DNA from: Tubulanus polymorphus
Taxonomy: Eukaryota; Animalia; Nemertea
Direction of reading: 5' to 3'
Length of the DNA: 64,000 nucleotides
NCBI RefSeq assembly: GCF_964204645.1
Contig: NC_134036.1
Coordinates: 7,564,093 to 7,628,092 of the forward strand
Below, in pieces: positions 1 through 12,000 of the stretch (the stretch's first letter is position 1; every line of letters starts with the position of its first letter). The notes under the pieces were generated by a model, which saw nothing but the letters and a program-made list of their open reading frames with translations, did not search any database and was not told the DNA's origin. The position numbers and the translations under genes are program-made.

Positions 1-3000
1 TCCCTCCCTCTCTCCCTCCCTCACTGCACCGGGTCGTAACGCTGATCAAGACCCGGTCAGCACTTAGTCGTTTTTCGAACAACCACCGCCGGCACACTGA
101 CGAACGGACGGACGACCGACCTACTGCCTCCCTCCATCCCTCACTGCACCGGGTCGTAACGCTGATCAAGGCCCGGTCAGCACTTAGTCGTTTTTCGAAC
201 TACCACCGCCGGCACACTGGCGAATGGACGGACGACCGACCTACTGCCACCCTCCCTCCCTTCCTGACCGGTGCCGGGTCGTAACGCTGTTCATGGCCCG
301 GTCAGCACTTAGTCGTTTTTCGAACAACCAGCACTGCCGGCACACTGACTAACGGGCGGACGACCGACCTACTGCCTCCCTCCCTCCCTCACTGCACCGG
401 GTCGTAACGCTGATCAAGGCCCGGTCAGCACTTAGTCGTTTTTCGAACATTCACTGCCGGCACACTGACAAACGGACGGACGACCGACCTACTGCCTCCC
501 TCCCTCCCTCACTGCATCGGGTCGTAACGCTGATCATGGCCCGGTCAGCACTTAATCGTTTTTCGAACAACCACCGCCGGCACACTGACGAACGGATGGA
601 CGACCGACCTACTGCCTCCCTCCCTCCCTCCCTCACTGCACCGGGTCGTAACGCTGATCAAGGCCCGGTCAGCACTTAGTCGTTTTTCGAACCAACACTG
701 ACGGCAGACTAACTAACGGGCGGACGATTGTCCGACTGCCTCCCTCTCTCCCTCCCTCACTGCGCCGGGTCGTAATGCTGATCAAGGCCCGGTCAGCACT
801 TAGTCGTTTTTCGAACAACCAGCACTGCCGGCACACTGACTAACGGGCGGACGACCGACCTACTGCCTCCCTCCCTCCCTCACTGCACCGGGTCGTAACG
901 CTGATCAAGGCCCGGTCAGCACTTAGTCGTTTTTCGAACAACCACCGCCGGCACACTGACGAACGGACGGACGACCGACCTACTGCCTCCCTCCCTCCCT
1001 CCCTGACCGGTGCCGGGTCGTAACGCTGATCAAGGCCCGGTCAGCACTTAGTCGTTTTTCGAACCAACACTGACGGCAGACTAACTAACGGGCGGACGAT
1101 TTTCCGACTGCCTCCCTCTCTCCCTCCCTCACTGCGCCGGGTCGTAATGCTGATCAAGGCCCGGTCAGCACTTAGTCGTTTTTCGAACCATCACTGCCGG
1201 CACACTGACAAACGGACGGACGACCGACCTACTGCCTCCCTCCCTCCCTCACTGCACCGGGTCGTAACGCTGATCATGGCCCGGTCAGCACTTAATCGTT
1301 TTTCGAACAACCAGCACTGCCGGCACACTGACTAACGGGCGGACGACCGACCTACTGCCTCCCTCCCTCCCTCAATGCACCGGGTCGTAACGCTGATCAA
1401 GGCCCGGTCAGCACTTAGTCGTTTTTCGAACCATCACTGCCGGCACACTGACAAACGGACGGACGACCGACCTACTGCCTCCCTCCCTCCCTCACTGCAC
1501 CGGGTCGTAACGCTGATCATGGCCCGGTCAGCACTTAATCGTTTTTCGAACAACCAGCACTGCCGGCACACTGACTAACGGGCGGACGACCGACCTACTG
1601 CCTCCCTCCCTCCCTCACTGCACCGGGTCGTAACGCTGATCAAGGCCCGGTCAGCACTTAGTCGTTTTTCGAACCATCACTGCCGGCACACTGACAAACG
1701 GACGGACGACCGACCTACTGCCTCCCTCCCTCCCTCACTGCACCGGGTCGTAACGCTGATCATGGCCCGGTCAGCACTTAATCGTTTTTCGAACAACCAC
1801 CGCCGGCACACTGACGAACGGATGGACGACCGACCTACTGCCTCCCTCCCTCCCTCCCTCACTGCACCGGGTCGTAACGCTGATCAAGGCCCGGTCAGCA
1901 CTTAGTCGTTTTTCGAACTACCACCGCCGGCACACTGACGAACGGACGGACGACCGACCTACTGCCTCCCTCCCTCCCTCCCTGACCGGCGCCGGGTCGT
2001 AACGCTGATCAAGGCCTGGTCAGCACTTAGTCGTTTTTCGAACAACCACCGCCGGCACTCTGACGAACGAACGGACGACCGACCTACTGCCACCCTCCCT
2101 CCCTTCCTGACCGGTGCCGGGTCGTAACGCTGTTCATGGCCCGGTCAGCACTTAGTCGTTTTTCGAACAACAACCGCCGACACACTGACTAACGGGCGGA
2201 CGACTGTCCTAGTGCCTCCCTCCCTCCCTCCCTCACTGCACCGGGACGTAACGCTGATCAAGGCCCGGTCAGCACTTAGTCGTTTTTCGAACAACCACCG
2301 CCGGCACACTGACGAACGGATGGACGACCGACCTACTGCCTCCCTCCCTCCCTCCCTCCCTCACTGCACCGGGTCGTAACGCTGATCAAGGCCCGGTCAG
2401 CACTTAGTCGTTTTTCGAACAACCACCGCCGGCACACTGACGAACGGATGGTCGACCGACCTACTGCCTCCCTCCCTCCCTCCCTCACTGCACCGGGTCG
2501 TAACGCTGATCAAGGCCCGGTCAGCACTTAGTCGTTTTTCGAACTACCACCGCCGGCACACTGACGAACGGACGGACGACCGACCTACTGCCTCCCTCCC
2601 TCCCTCCCTGACCGGTGCCGGGTCGTAACGCTGATCAAGGCCCGGTCAGCACTTAGTCGTTTTTCGAACCAACACTGACGGCAGACTAACTAACGGGCGG
2701 ACGATTGTCCGACTGCCTCCCTCTCTCCCTCCCTCACTGCGCCGGGTCGTAATGCTGATCAAGGCCCGGTCAGCACTTAGTCGTTTTTCGAACAACCAGC
2801 ACTGCCGGCACACTGACTAATGGGCGGACGACCGACCTACTGCCTCCCTCCCTCCCTCACTGCACCGGGTCGTAACGCTGATCAAGGCCCGGTCAGCACT
2901 TAGTCGTTTTTCGAACAACCACCGCCGGCACACTGACGAACGGACGGACGACCGACCTACTGCCTCCCTCCCTCCCTCCCTGACCGGTGCCGGGTCGTAA

Positions 3001-6000
3001 CGCTGATCAAGGCCCGGTCAGCACTTAGTCGTTTTTCGAACCAACACTGACGGCAGACTAACTAACGGGCGGACGATATTCCGACTGCTCCCTCTCTCCC
3101 TCCCTCACTGCGCCGGGTCGTAATGCTGATCAAGGCCCGGTCAGCACTTAGTCGTTTTTCGAACAACCAGCACTGCCGGCACACTGACAAACGGACGGAC
3201 GACCGACCTACTGCCTCCCTCCCTCCCTCACTGCACCGGGTCGTAACGCTGATCATGGCCCGGTCAGCACTTAATCGTTTTTCGAACAACCACCGCCGGC
3301 ACACTGACGAACGGATGGACGACCGACCTACTGCCTCCCTCCCTCCCTCCCTCCCTCACTGCACCGGGTCGTAACGCTGATCAAGGCCCGGTCAGCACTT
3401 AGTCGTTTTTCGAACCAACACTGACGGCAGACTAACTAACGGGCGGACGATTGTCCGACTGCCTCCCTCTCTCCCTCCCTCACTGCGCCGGGTCGTAATG
3501 CCGATCAAGGCCCGGTCAGCACTTAGTCGTTTTTCGAACAACCAGCACTGCCGGCACACTGACTAACGGGCGGACGACCGACCTACTGCCTCCCTCCCTC
3601 CCTCACTGCACCGGGTCGTAACGCTGATCAAGGCCCGGTCAGCACTTAGTCGTTTTTCGAACCATCACTGCCGGCACACTGACAAACGGACGGACGACCG
3701 ACCTACTGCCTCCCTCCCTCCCTCACTGCACCGGGTCGTAACGCTGATCATGGCCCGGTCAGCACTTAATCGTTTTTCGAACAACCACCGCCGGCACACT
3801 GACGAACGGATGGACGACCGACCTACTGCCTCCCTCCCTCCCTCCCTCCCTCACTGCACCGGGTCGTAACGCTGATCAAGGCCCGGTCAGCACTTAGTCG
3901 TTTTTCGAACCAACACTGACGGCAGACTAACTAACGGGCGGACGATTGTCCGACTGCCTCCCTCTCTCCCTCCCTCACTGCGCCGGGTCGTAATGCTGAT
4001 CAAGGCCCGGTCAGCACTTAGTCGTTTTTCGAACAACCAGCACTGCCGGCACACTGACTAACGGGCGGACGAACGACCTACTGCCTCCCTCCCTCCCTCA
4101 CTGCACCGGGTCGTAACGCTGATCAAGGCCCGGTCAGCACTTAGTCGTTTTTCGAACAACCACCGCCGGCACACTGACGAACGGACGGACGACCGACCTA
4201 CTGCCTCCCTCCCTCCCTCCCTGACCGGTGCCGGGTCGTAACGCTGATCAAGGCCCGGTCAGCACTTAGTCGTTTTTCGAACCAACACTGACGGCAGACT
4301 AACTAACGGGCGGACGATTGTCCGACTGCCTCCCTCTCTCCCTCCCTCACTGCGCCGGGTCGCAATGCTGATCAAGGCCCGGTCAGCACTTAGTCGTTTT
4401 TCGAACAACCAGCACTGCCGGCACACTGACTAACGGGCGGACGACCGACCTACTGCCTCCCTCCCTCCCTCCCTCCCTCACTGCACCGGGTCGTAACGCT
4501 GATCAAGGCCCGGTCAGCACTTAGTCGTTTTTCGAACAACCACCGCCGGCACACTGACGAACGGATGGACGACCGACCTACTGCCTCCCTCCCTCCCTCC
4601 CTCCCTCCCTCCCTCACTGCACCGGGTCGTAACGCTGATCAAGGCCCGGTCAGCACTTAGTCGTTTTTCGAACAACCACCGCCGGCACACTGACGAACGG
4701 ACGGACGACCGACCTACTGCCTCCCTCCCGCCCTCCCTGACCGGTGCCGGGTCGTAACGCTGATCAAGGCCCGGTCAGCACTTAGTCGTTTTTCGAACCA
4801 ACACTGACGGCAGACTAACTAACGGGCGGACGATTGTCCGACTGCCTCCCTCTCTCCCTCCCTCACTGCGCCGGGTCGTAATGCTGATCAAGGCCCGGTC
4901 AGCACTTAGTCGTTTTTCGAACAACCACCGCCGGCACACTGACGAACGGATGGACGACCGACCTACTGCCTCCCTCCCTCCCTCCCTCCCTCACTGCACC
5001 GGGTCGTAACGCTGATCAAGGCCCGGTCAGCACTTAGTCGTTTTTCGAACAACCACCGCCGGCACACTGACGAACGGATGGTCGACCGACCTACTGCCTC
5101 CCTCCCTCCCTCCCTCACTGCACCGGGTCGTAACGCTGATCAAGGCCCGGTCAGCACTTAGTCGTTTTTCGAACTACCACCGCCGGCACACTGACGAACG
5201 GACGTACGACCGACCTACTGCCTCCCTCCCTCCCTCCCTGACCGGTGCCGGGTCGTAACGCTGATCAAGGCCCGGTCAGCACTTAGTCGTTTTTCGAACC
5301 AACACTGACGGCAGACTAACTAACGGGCGGACGATTGTCCGACTGCCTCCCTCTCTCCCTCCCTCACTGCGCCGGGTCGTAATGCTGATCAAGGCCCGGT
5401 CAGCACTTAGTCGTTTTTCGAACAACCAGCACTGCCGGCACACTGACTAACGGGCGGACGACCGACCTACTGCCTCCCTCCCTCCCTCACTGCACCGGGT
5501 CGTAACGCTGATCAAGGCCCGGTCAGCACTTAGTCGTTTTTCGAACAACCACCGCCGGCACACTGACGAACGGACGGACGACCGACCTACTGCCTCCCTC
5601 CCTCCCTCACTGCACCGGGTCGTAACGCTGATCATGGCCCGGTCAGCACTTAGTCGTTTTTCGAACAACCAGCACTGCCGGCACACTGACTAACGGGCGG
5701 ACGACCGACCTACTGCCTCCCTCCCTCCCTCCCTCACTGCACCGGGTCGTAACGCTGATCAAGGCCCGGTCAGCACTTAGTCGTTTTTCGAACAACCACC
5801 GCCGGCACACTGACGAACGAACGGACGACCGACCTACTGCCACCCTCCCTCCCTTCCTGACCGGTGCCGGGTCGTAACGCTGTTCATGGCCCGGTCAGCA
5901 CTTAGTCGTTTTTCGAACAACAACCGCCGACACACTGACTAACGGGCGGACGACTGTCCTAGTGCCTCCCTCCCTCCCTCACTGCACCGGGTCGTAACGC

Positions 6001-9000
6001 TGATCAAGGCCCGGTCAGCACTTAGTCGTTTTTCGAAAAACCACCGCCGGCACACTGACGAACGGATGGACGACCGACCTACTGCCTCCCTCCCTCCCTC
6101 CCTCCCTGACCAGCGCCGGGACGTAACGCTGATCAAGGCCCGGTCAGCCCTTAGTCGTTTTTCGAACAACCATCACTGCCGGCACACTGACAAACGGACG
6201 GACGACCGACCTACTGCCTCCCTCCCTCCCTCAATTCTCCGGGTCGTAACGCTGATCAAGGCCCGGTCAGCACTTAGTCGTTTTTCGAACAACCACCACC
6301 GGCACACTGGCGAACGGACGGACGACCGACCTACTGCCTCCCTCCCTCCCTCACTGCTCCGGGTCGTAACGCTGATCAAGGCCCGGTCAGCACTTAGTCG
6401 TTTTTCGAACAACCACCGCCGGCACACTGACGAACGGATGGACGACCGACCTACTGCCTCCCTTCCTCCCTCCCTGACCAGCGCCGGGTCGTAACGCTGA
6501 TCAAGGCCCGGTCAGCCCTTAGTCGTTTTTCGAACAACCATCACTGCCGGCACACTGACAAACGGACGGACGACCGACCAACTGCCTCCCTCCCTCCCTC
6601 ACTGCTCCGGGTCGTAACGCTGATCAAGGCCCGGTCAGCACTTAGTCGTTTTTCGAACAACCACCGCCGGCACACTGACGAATGGACGGACGACCGACCT
6701 ACTACCTCCACCCCCCCCCCCCCCCGGACCGGTGCCGGATCGTCACGCTGATCATGGCCCGGTCAGCACTTAGTCGTTTTTCGAACTACCACCGCCGGCA
6801 CACTGACGAACGGATGGACGACCGACCTACTGCCTCCCTCCCTCCCTCACTGCTCCGGGTCGTAACGCTGATCAAGGCCCGGTCAGCACTTAGTCGTTTT
6901 TCGAACCAGCACTGACGGCAGACTAACTAACGGGCGGACGATTGTCCAACTGCCTCCCTCTCTCCCTCCCTCACTGCGCCGGGTCGTAATGCTGATCAAG
7001 GCCCGGTCAGCACTTAGTCGTTTTTCGAACAACCAGCACTGCCGGCACACTGACTAACGGGCGGACGACCGACCTACTGCCTCCCTCCCTCCCTCACTGC
7101 ACCGGGTCGTAACGCTGATCAAGACCCGGTCAGCACTTAGTCGTTTTTCGAACAACCACCGCCGGCACACTGACGAACGGATGGACGACCGACCTACTGC
7201 CTCCCTCCCTCCCTCCCTCACTGCTCTGGGTCGTAACGCTGATCAAGGCCCGGTCAGCACTTAGTCGTTTTTCGAACAACCACCGCCGGCACACTGACGA
7301 ACGGACGGACGACCGACCTACTGCCTCCCACCCTCCCTCACTGCACCGGGTCGTAACGCTGATCAAGGCCCGGTCAGCACTTAGTCGTTTTTCGAACTAC
7401 CACCGCCGGCACATTGACGAACGGATGGACGACCGACCTACTGCCTCCCTCCCTCCCTCCCTGACCAGCGCCGGGACGTAACGCTGATCAAGGCCCGGTC
7501 AGCCCTTAGTCGTTTTTCGAACAACCATCACTGCCGGCACACTGACAAACGGACGGACGACCGACCTACTGCCTCCCTCCCTCCCTCAATGCTCCGGGTC
7601 GTAACGCTGATCAAGGCCCGGTCAGCACTTAGTCGTTTTTCGAACAACCACCGCCGGCACACTGGCGAACGGACGGACGACCGACCTACTGCCTCCCTCC
7701 CTCCCTCACTGCTCCGGGTCGTAACGCTGATCAAGGCCCGGTCAGCACTTAGTCGTTTTTCGAACAACCACCGCCGGCACACTGACGAACGGATGGACGA
7801 CCGACCTACTGCCTCCCTCCCTCCCTCCCTCCCTCACTGCACCGGGTCGTAACGCTGATCAAGACCCGGTCAGCACTTAGTCGTTTTTCGAACAACCACC
7901 GCCGGCACACTGACGAACGGACGGACGACCGACCTACTGCCTCCCTCCCTCCCTCCCTCACTGCACTTAGTCGTTTTTCGAACCAACACTGACGGCAGAC
8001 TAACTAACGGGCGGACGATTGTCCGACTGCCTCCCTCTCTCCCTCCCTCACTGCGCCGGGTCGTAATGCTGATCAAGGCCCGGTCAGCACTTAGTCGTTT
8101 TTCGAACAACCAGCACTGCCGGCACACTGACTAACGGGCGGACGACCGACCTACTGCCTCCCTCCCTCCCTGACCAGCGCCGGGATGTAACGCTGATCAA
8201 GGCCCGGTCAGCCCTTAGTCGTTTTTCGAACAACCATCACTGCCGGCACACTGACAAACGGACGGATGACCGACCTACTGCCTCCCTCCCTCCCTCAATG
8301 CTCCGGGTCGTAACGCTGATCAAGGCCCGGTCAGCACTTAGTCGTTTTTCGAACAACCACCGCCGGCACACTGACGAACGGACGGACGACCGACCTACTG
8401 CCTCCCTCCCTCCCTCACTGCACCGGGTCGTAACGCTGATCAAGGCCCGGTCAGCACTTAGTCGTTTTTCGAACCACCACCGCCGGCACACTGACGAACG
8501 GACGGACGACCGACCTACTGCCATCCTCCTTCCCTCCCTGACCGGTGCCGGATCGTCACGCTGATCATGGCCCGGTCAGCACTTAGTCGTTTTTCGAACA
8601 ACTACCGCCGGCACACTGACGAACGGATGGACGACCGACCTACTGCCCCCTCCCTCCCTGACCGGCAACGCTGATCAAGGCCCGGTCAGCACTTAGTCGT
8701 TTTTTCGAACAACCACCGCCGTCACACTGACGAACGGACGGACGACCGACCAACTGCCTGCCTCCTTCCCTCACTGCACCGGGTCGTAACGCTGATCTAG
8801 GCCCGGTCAGCACTTAGTCGTTTTTCGAACAACCACCGCCGGCACACTGACGAACGGATGGACGACCGACCTACTGCCTCCCTCCCTCCCTCCCTCCCTC
8901 CCTCACTGCACCGGGTCGTAACGCTGATCAAGACCCGGTCAGCACTTAGTCGTTTTTCGAACAACCACCGCCGGCACACTGACGAACGGACGGACGACCG

Positions 9001-12000
9001 ACCTACTGCCTCCCTCCATCCCTCACTGCACCGGGTCGTAACGCTGATCAAGGCCCGGTCAGCACTTAGTCGTTTTTCGAACTACCACCGCCGGCACACT
9101 GACGAACGGATGGACGACCGACCTACTGCCTCCCTCCCTCCCTCCCTCACTGCACCGGATCGTAACGCTGATCAAGGCCCGGTCAGCACTTAGTCGTTTT
9201 TCGAACAACCACCGCCGGCACACTGACGAACGGATGGACGACCGACCTACTGTCCCCCTCCCTCCCACACTGCTCCGGGTCGTAACGCTGATCAAGGCCC
9301 GGTCAGCACTTAGTCGTTTTTCGAACCAGCACTGACGGCAGACTAACTAACGGGCGGACGATTGTCCAACTGCCTCCCTCTCTCCCTCCCTCACTGCGCC
9401 GGGTCGTAATGCTGATCAAGGCTCGGTCAGCACTTAGTCGTTTTTCGAACAACCAGCACTGCCGGCACACTGACTAACGGGCGGACGACCGACCTACTGC
9501 CTCCCTCCCTCCCTCACTGCACCGGGTCGTAACGCTGATCATGGCCCGGTCAGCACTTAATCGTTTTTCGAACAACCACCGCCAGCACACTGACGAACGG
9601 ATGGACGACCGACGTACTGCCTCCCTCCCTCCCTCCCTCCCTCACTGCACCGGGTCGTAACGCTGATCAAGGCCCGGTCAGCACTTAGTCGTTTTTCGAA
9701 CTACCACCACCGGCACACTGACGAACGGACGGACGACCGACCTACTGCCTCCCTCCCTCCCTCCCTGACCGGTGCCGGGTCGTAACGCTGATCAAGGCCC
9801 GGTCAGCACTTAGTCGTTTCTCGAACAACCACCGCCGGCACACTGACGAACGAACGGACGACCGACCTACTGCCACCCTCCCTCCCTTACTGACCGGTGC
9901 CGGGTCGTAACGCTGTTCATGGCCCGGTCAGCACTTAGTCGTTTTTCGAACAACAACCGCCGACACACTGACTAACGGGCGGACGACTGTCCTAGTGCCT
10001 CCCTCCCTCCCTCACTGCACCGGGTCGTAACGCTGATCAAGGCCCGGTCAGCACTTAGTCGTTTTTCGAACAACCACCGCCGGCACAATGACGAACGGAT
10101 GGTCGACGGACCTACTGCCTCCCTCCCTCCCTCCCTCACTGCACCGGGTCGTAACGCTGATCAAGGCCCGGTCAGCACTTAGTCGTTTTTCGAACAACCA
10201 CCGCCGGCACACTGACGAACGGACGGACGACCGACCTACTGCCTCCCTCCCTCCCTCCCTCACTGCACCGGGTCGTAACGCTGATCAAGGCCCGGTCAGC
10301 ACTTAGTCGTTTTTCGAACTACCACCGCCGGCACACTGACGAACGGATGGACGACCGACCTACTGCCTCCCTCCCTCCCTCCCTGACCAGCGCCGGGATG
10401 TAACGCTGATCAAGGCCCGGTCAGCCCTTAGTAGTTTTTCGAACAACCATCACTGCCGGCACACTGACAAACGGACGGACGACCGACCTACTGCCTCCCT
10501 CCCTCCCTCAATGCTCCGGGTCGTAACGCTGATCAAGGCCCGGTCAGCACTTAGTCGTTTTTCGAACAACCACCGCCGGCACAATGACGAACGAACGGAC
10601 GACCGACCTACTGCCACCCTCCCTCCCTTCCTGACCGGTGCCGGGTCGTAACGCTGTTCATGGCCCGGTCAGCACTTAGTCGTTTTTCGAACAACAACCG
10701 CCGACACACTGACGAACGGACGGACGACCGACCAACTGCCTCCCTCCTTCCCTCACTGCACCGGGTCGTAACGCTGATCTAGGCCCGGTCAGCACTTAGT
10801 CGTTTTTCGAACAACCACCGCCGGCACACTGACGAACGGATGGACGACCGACCTACTGCCTCCCTCCCTCCCTCCCTCACTGCACCGGGTCGTAACGCTG
10901 ATCAAGGCCCGGTCAGCACTTAGTCGTTTTTCGAACTACCACCGCCGGCACACTGACGAACGGATGGACGACCGACCTACTGCCTCCCTCCCTCCCTCCC
11001 TGACCAGCGCCGGGATGTAACGCTGATCAAGGCCCGGTCAGCCCTTAGTCGTTTTTCGAACAACCATCACTGCCGGCACACTGACAAACGGACGGACGAC
11101 CGACCTACTGCCTCCCTCCCTCCCTCAATGCTCCGGGTCGTAACGCTGATCAAGGCCCGGTCAGCACTTAGTCGTTTTTCGAACAACCACCGCCGGCACA
11201 CTGACGAACGGACGGACGACCGACCTACTGCCTCCCTCCCTCCCTCACTGCACCGGGTCGTAACGCTGATCAAGGCCCGGTCAGCACTTAGTCGTTTTTC
11301 GAACCACCACCGCCGGCACACTGACGAACGGACGGACGACCGACCTACTGCCATCCTCCTTCCCTCCCTGACCGGTGCCGGATCGTCACGCTGATCATGG
11401 CCCGGTCAGCACTTAGTCGTTTTTCGAACAACTACCGCCGGCACACTGACGAACGGATGGACGACCGACCTACTGCCCCCTCCCTCCCTGACCGGCAACG
11501 CTGATCAAGGCCCGGTCAGCACTTAGTCGTTTTTTCGAACAACCACCGCCGTCACACTGACGAACGGACGGACGACCGACCAACTGCCTGCCTCCTTCCC
11601 TCACTGCACCGGGTCGTAACGCTGATCTAGGCCCGGTCAGCACTTAGTCGTTTTTCGAACAACCACCGCCGTCACACTGACGAACGGACGGACGACCGAC
11701 CAACTGCCTGCCTCCTTCCCTCACTGCACCGGGTCGTAACGCTGATCTAGGCCCGGTCAGCACTTAGTCGTTTTTCGAACAACCACCGCCGGCACACTGA
11801 CGAACGGATGGACGACCGACCTACTGCCTCCCTCCCTCCCTCACTGCACCGGGTCGTAACGCTGATCAAGGCCCGGTCAGCAGTTAGTCGTTTTTCGAAC
11901 ATTCACTGCCGGCACACTGACAAACGGACGGACGACCGACCTACTGCCTCCCTCCCTCCCTCACTGCATCGGGTCGTAACGCTGATCATGGCCCGGTCAG

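Noticed and set aside
20-140. Self-cleaving ribozyme in the monomer (hammerhead-like CTGACGA on +; pistol-like CTAAGTG-stem-GT on -)
   Set aside because: No GAAA or stem II follows CTGACGA on the same strand, and the pistol P1/pseudoknot partner could not be built. A cmsearch with hammerhead, twister, pistol and HDV models on a dimer would be decisive.
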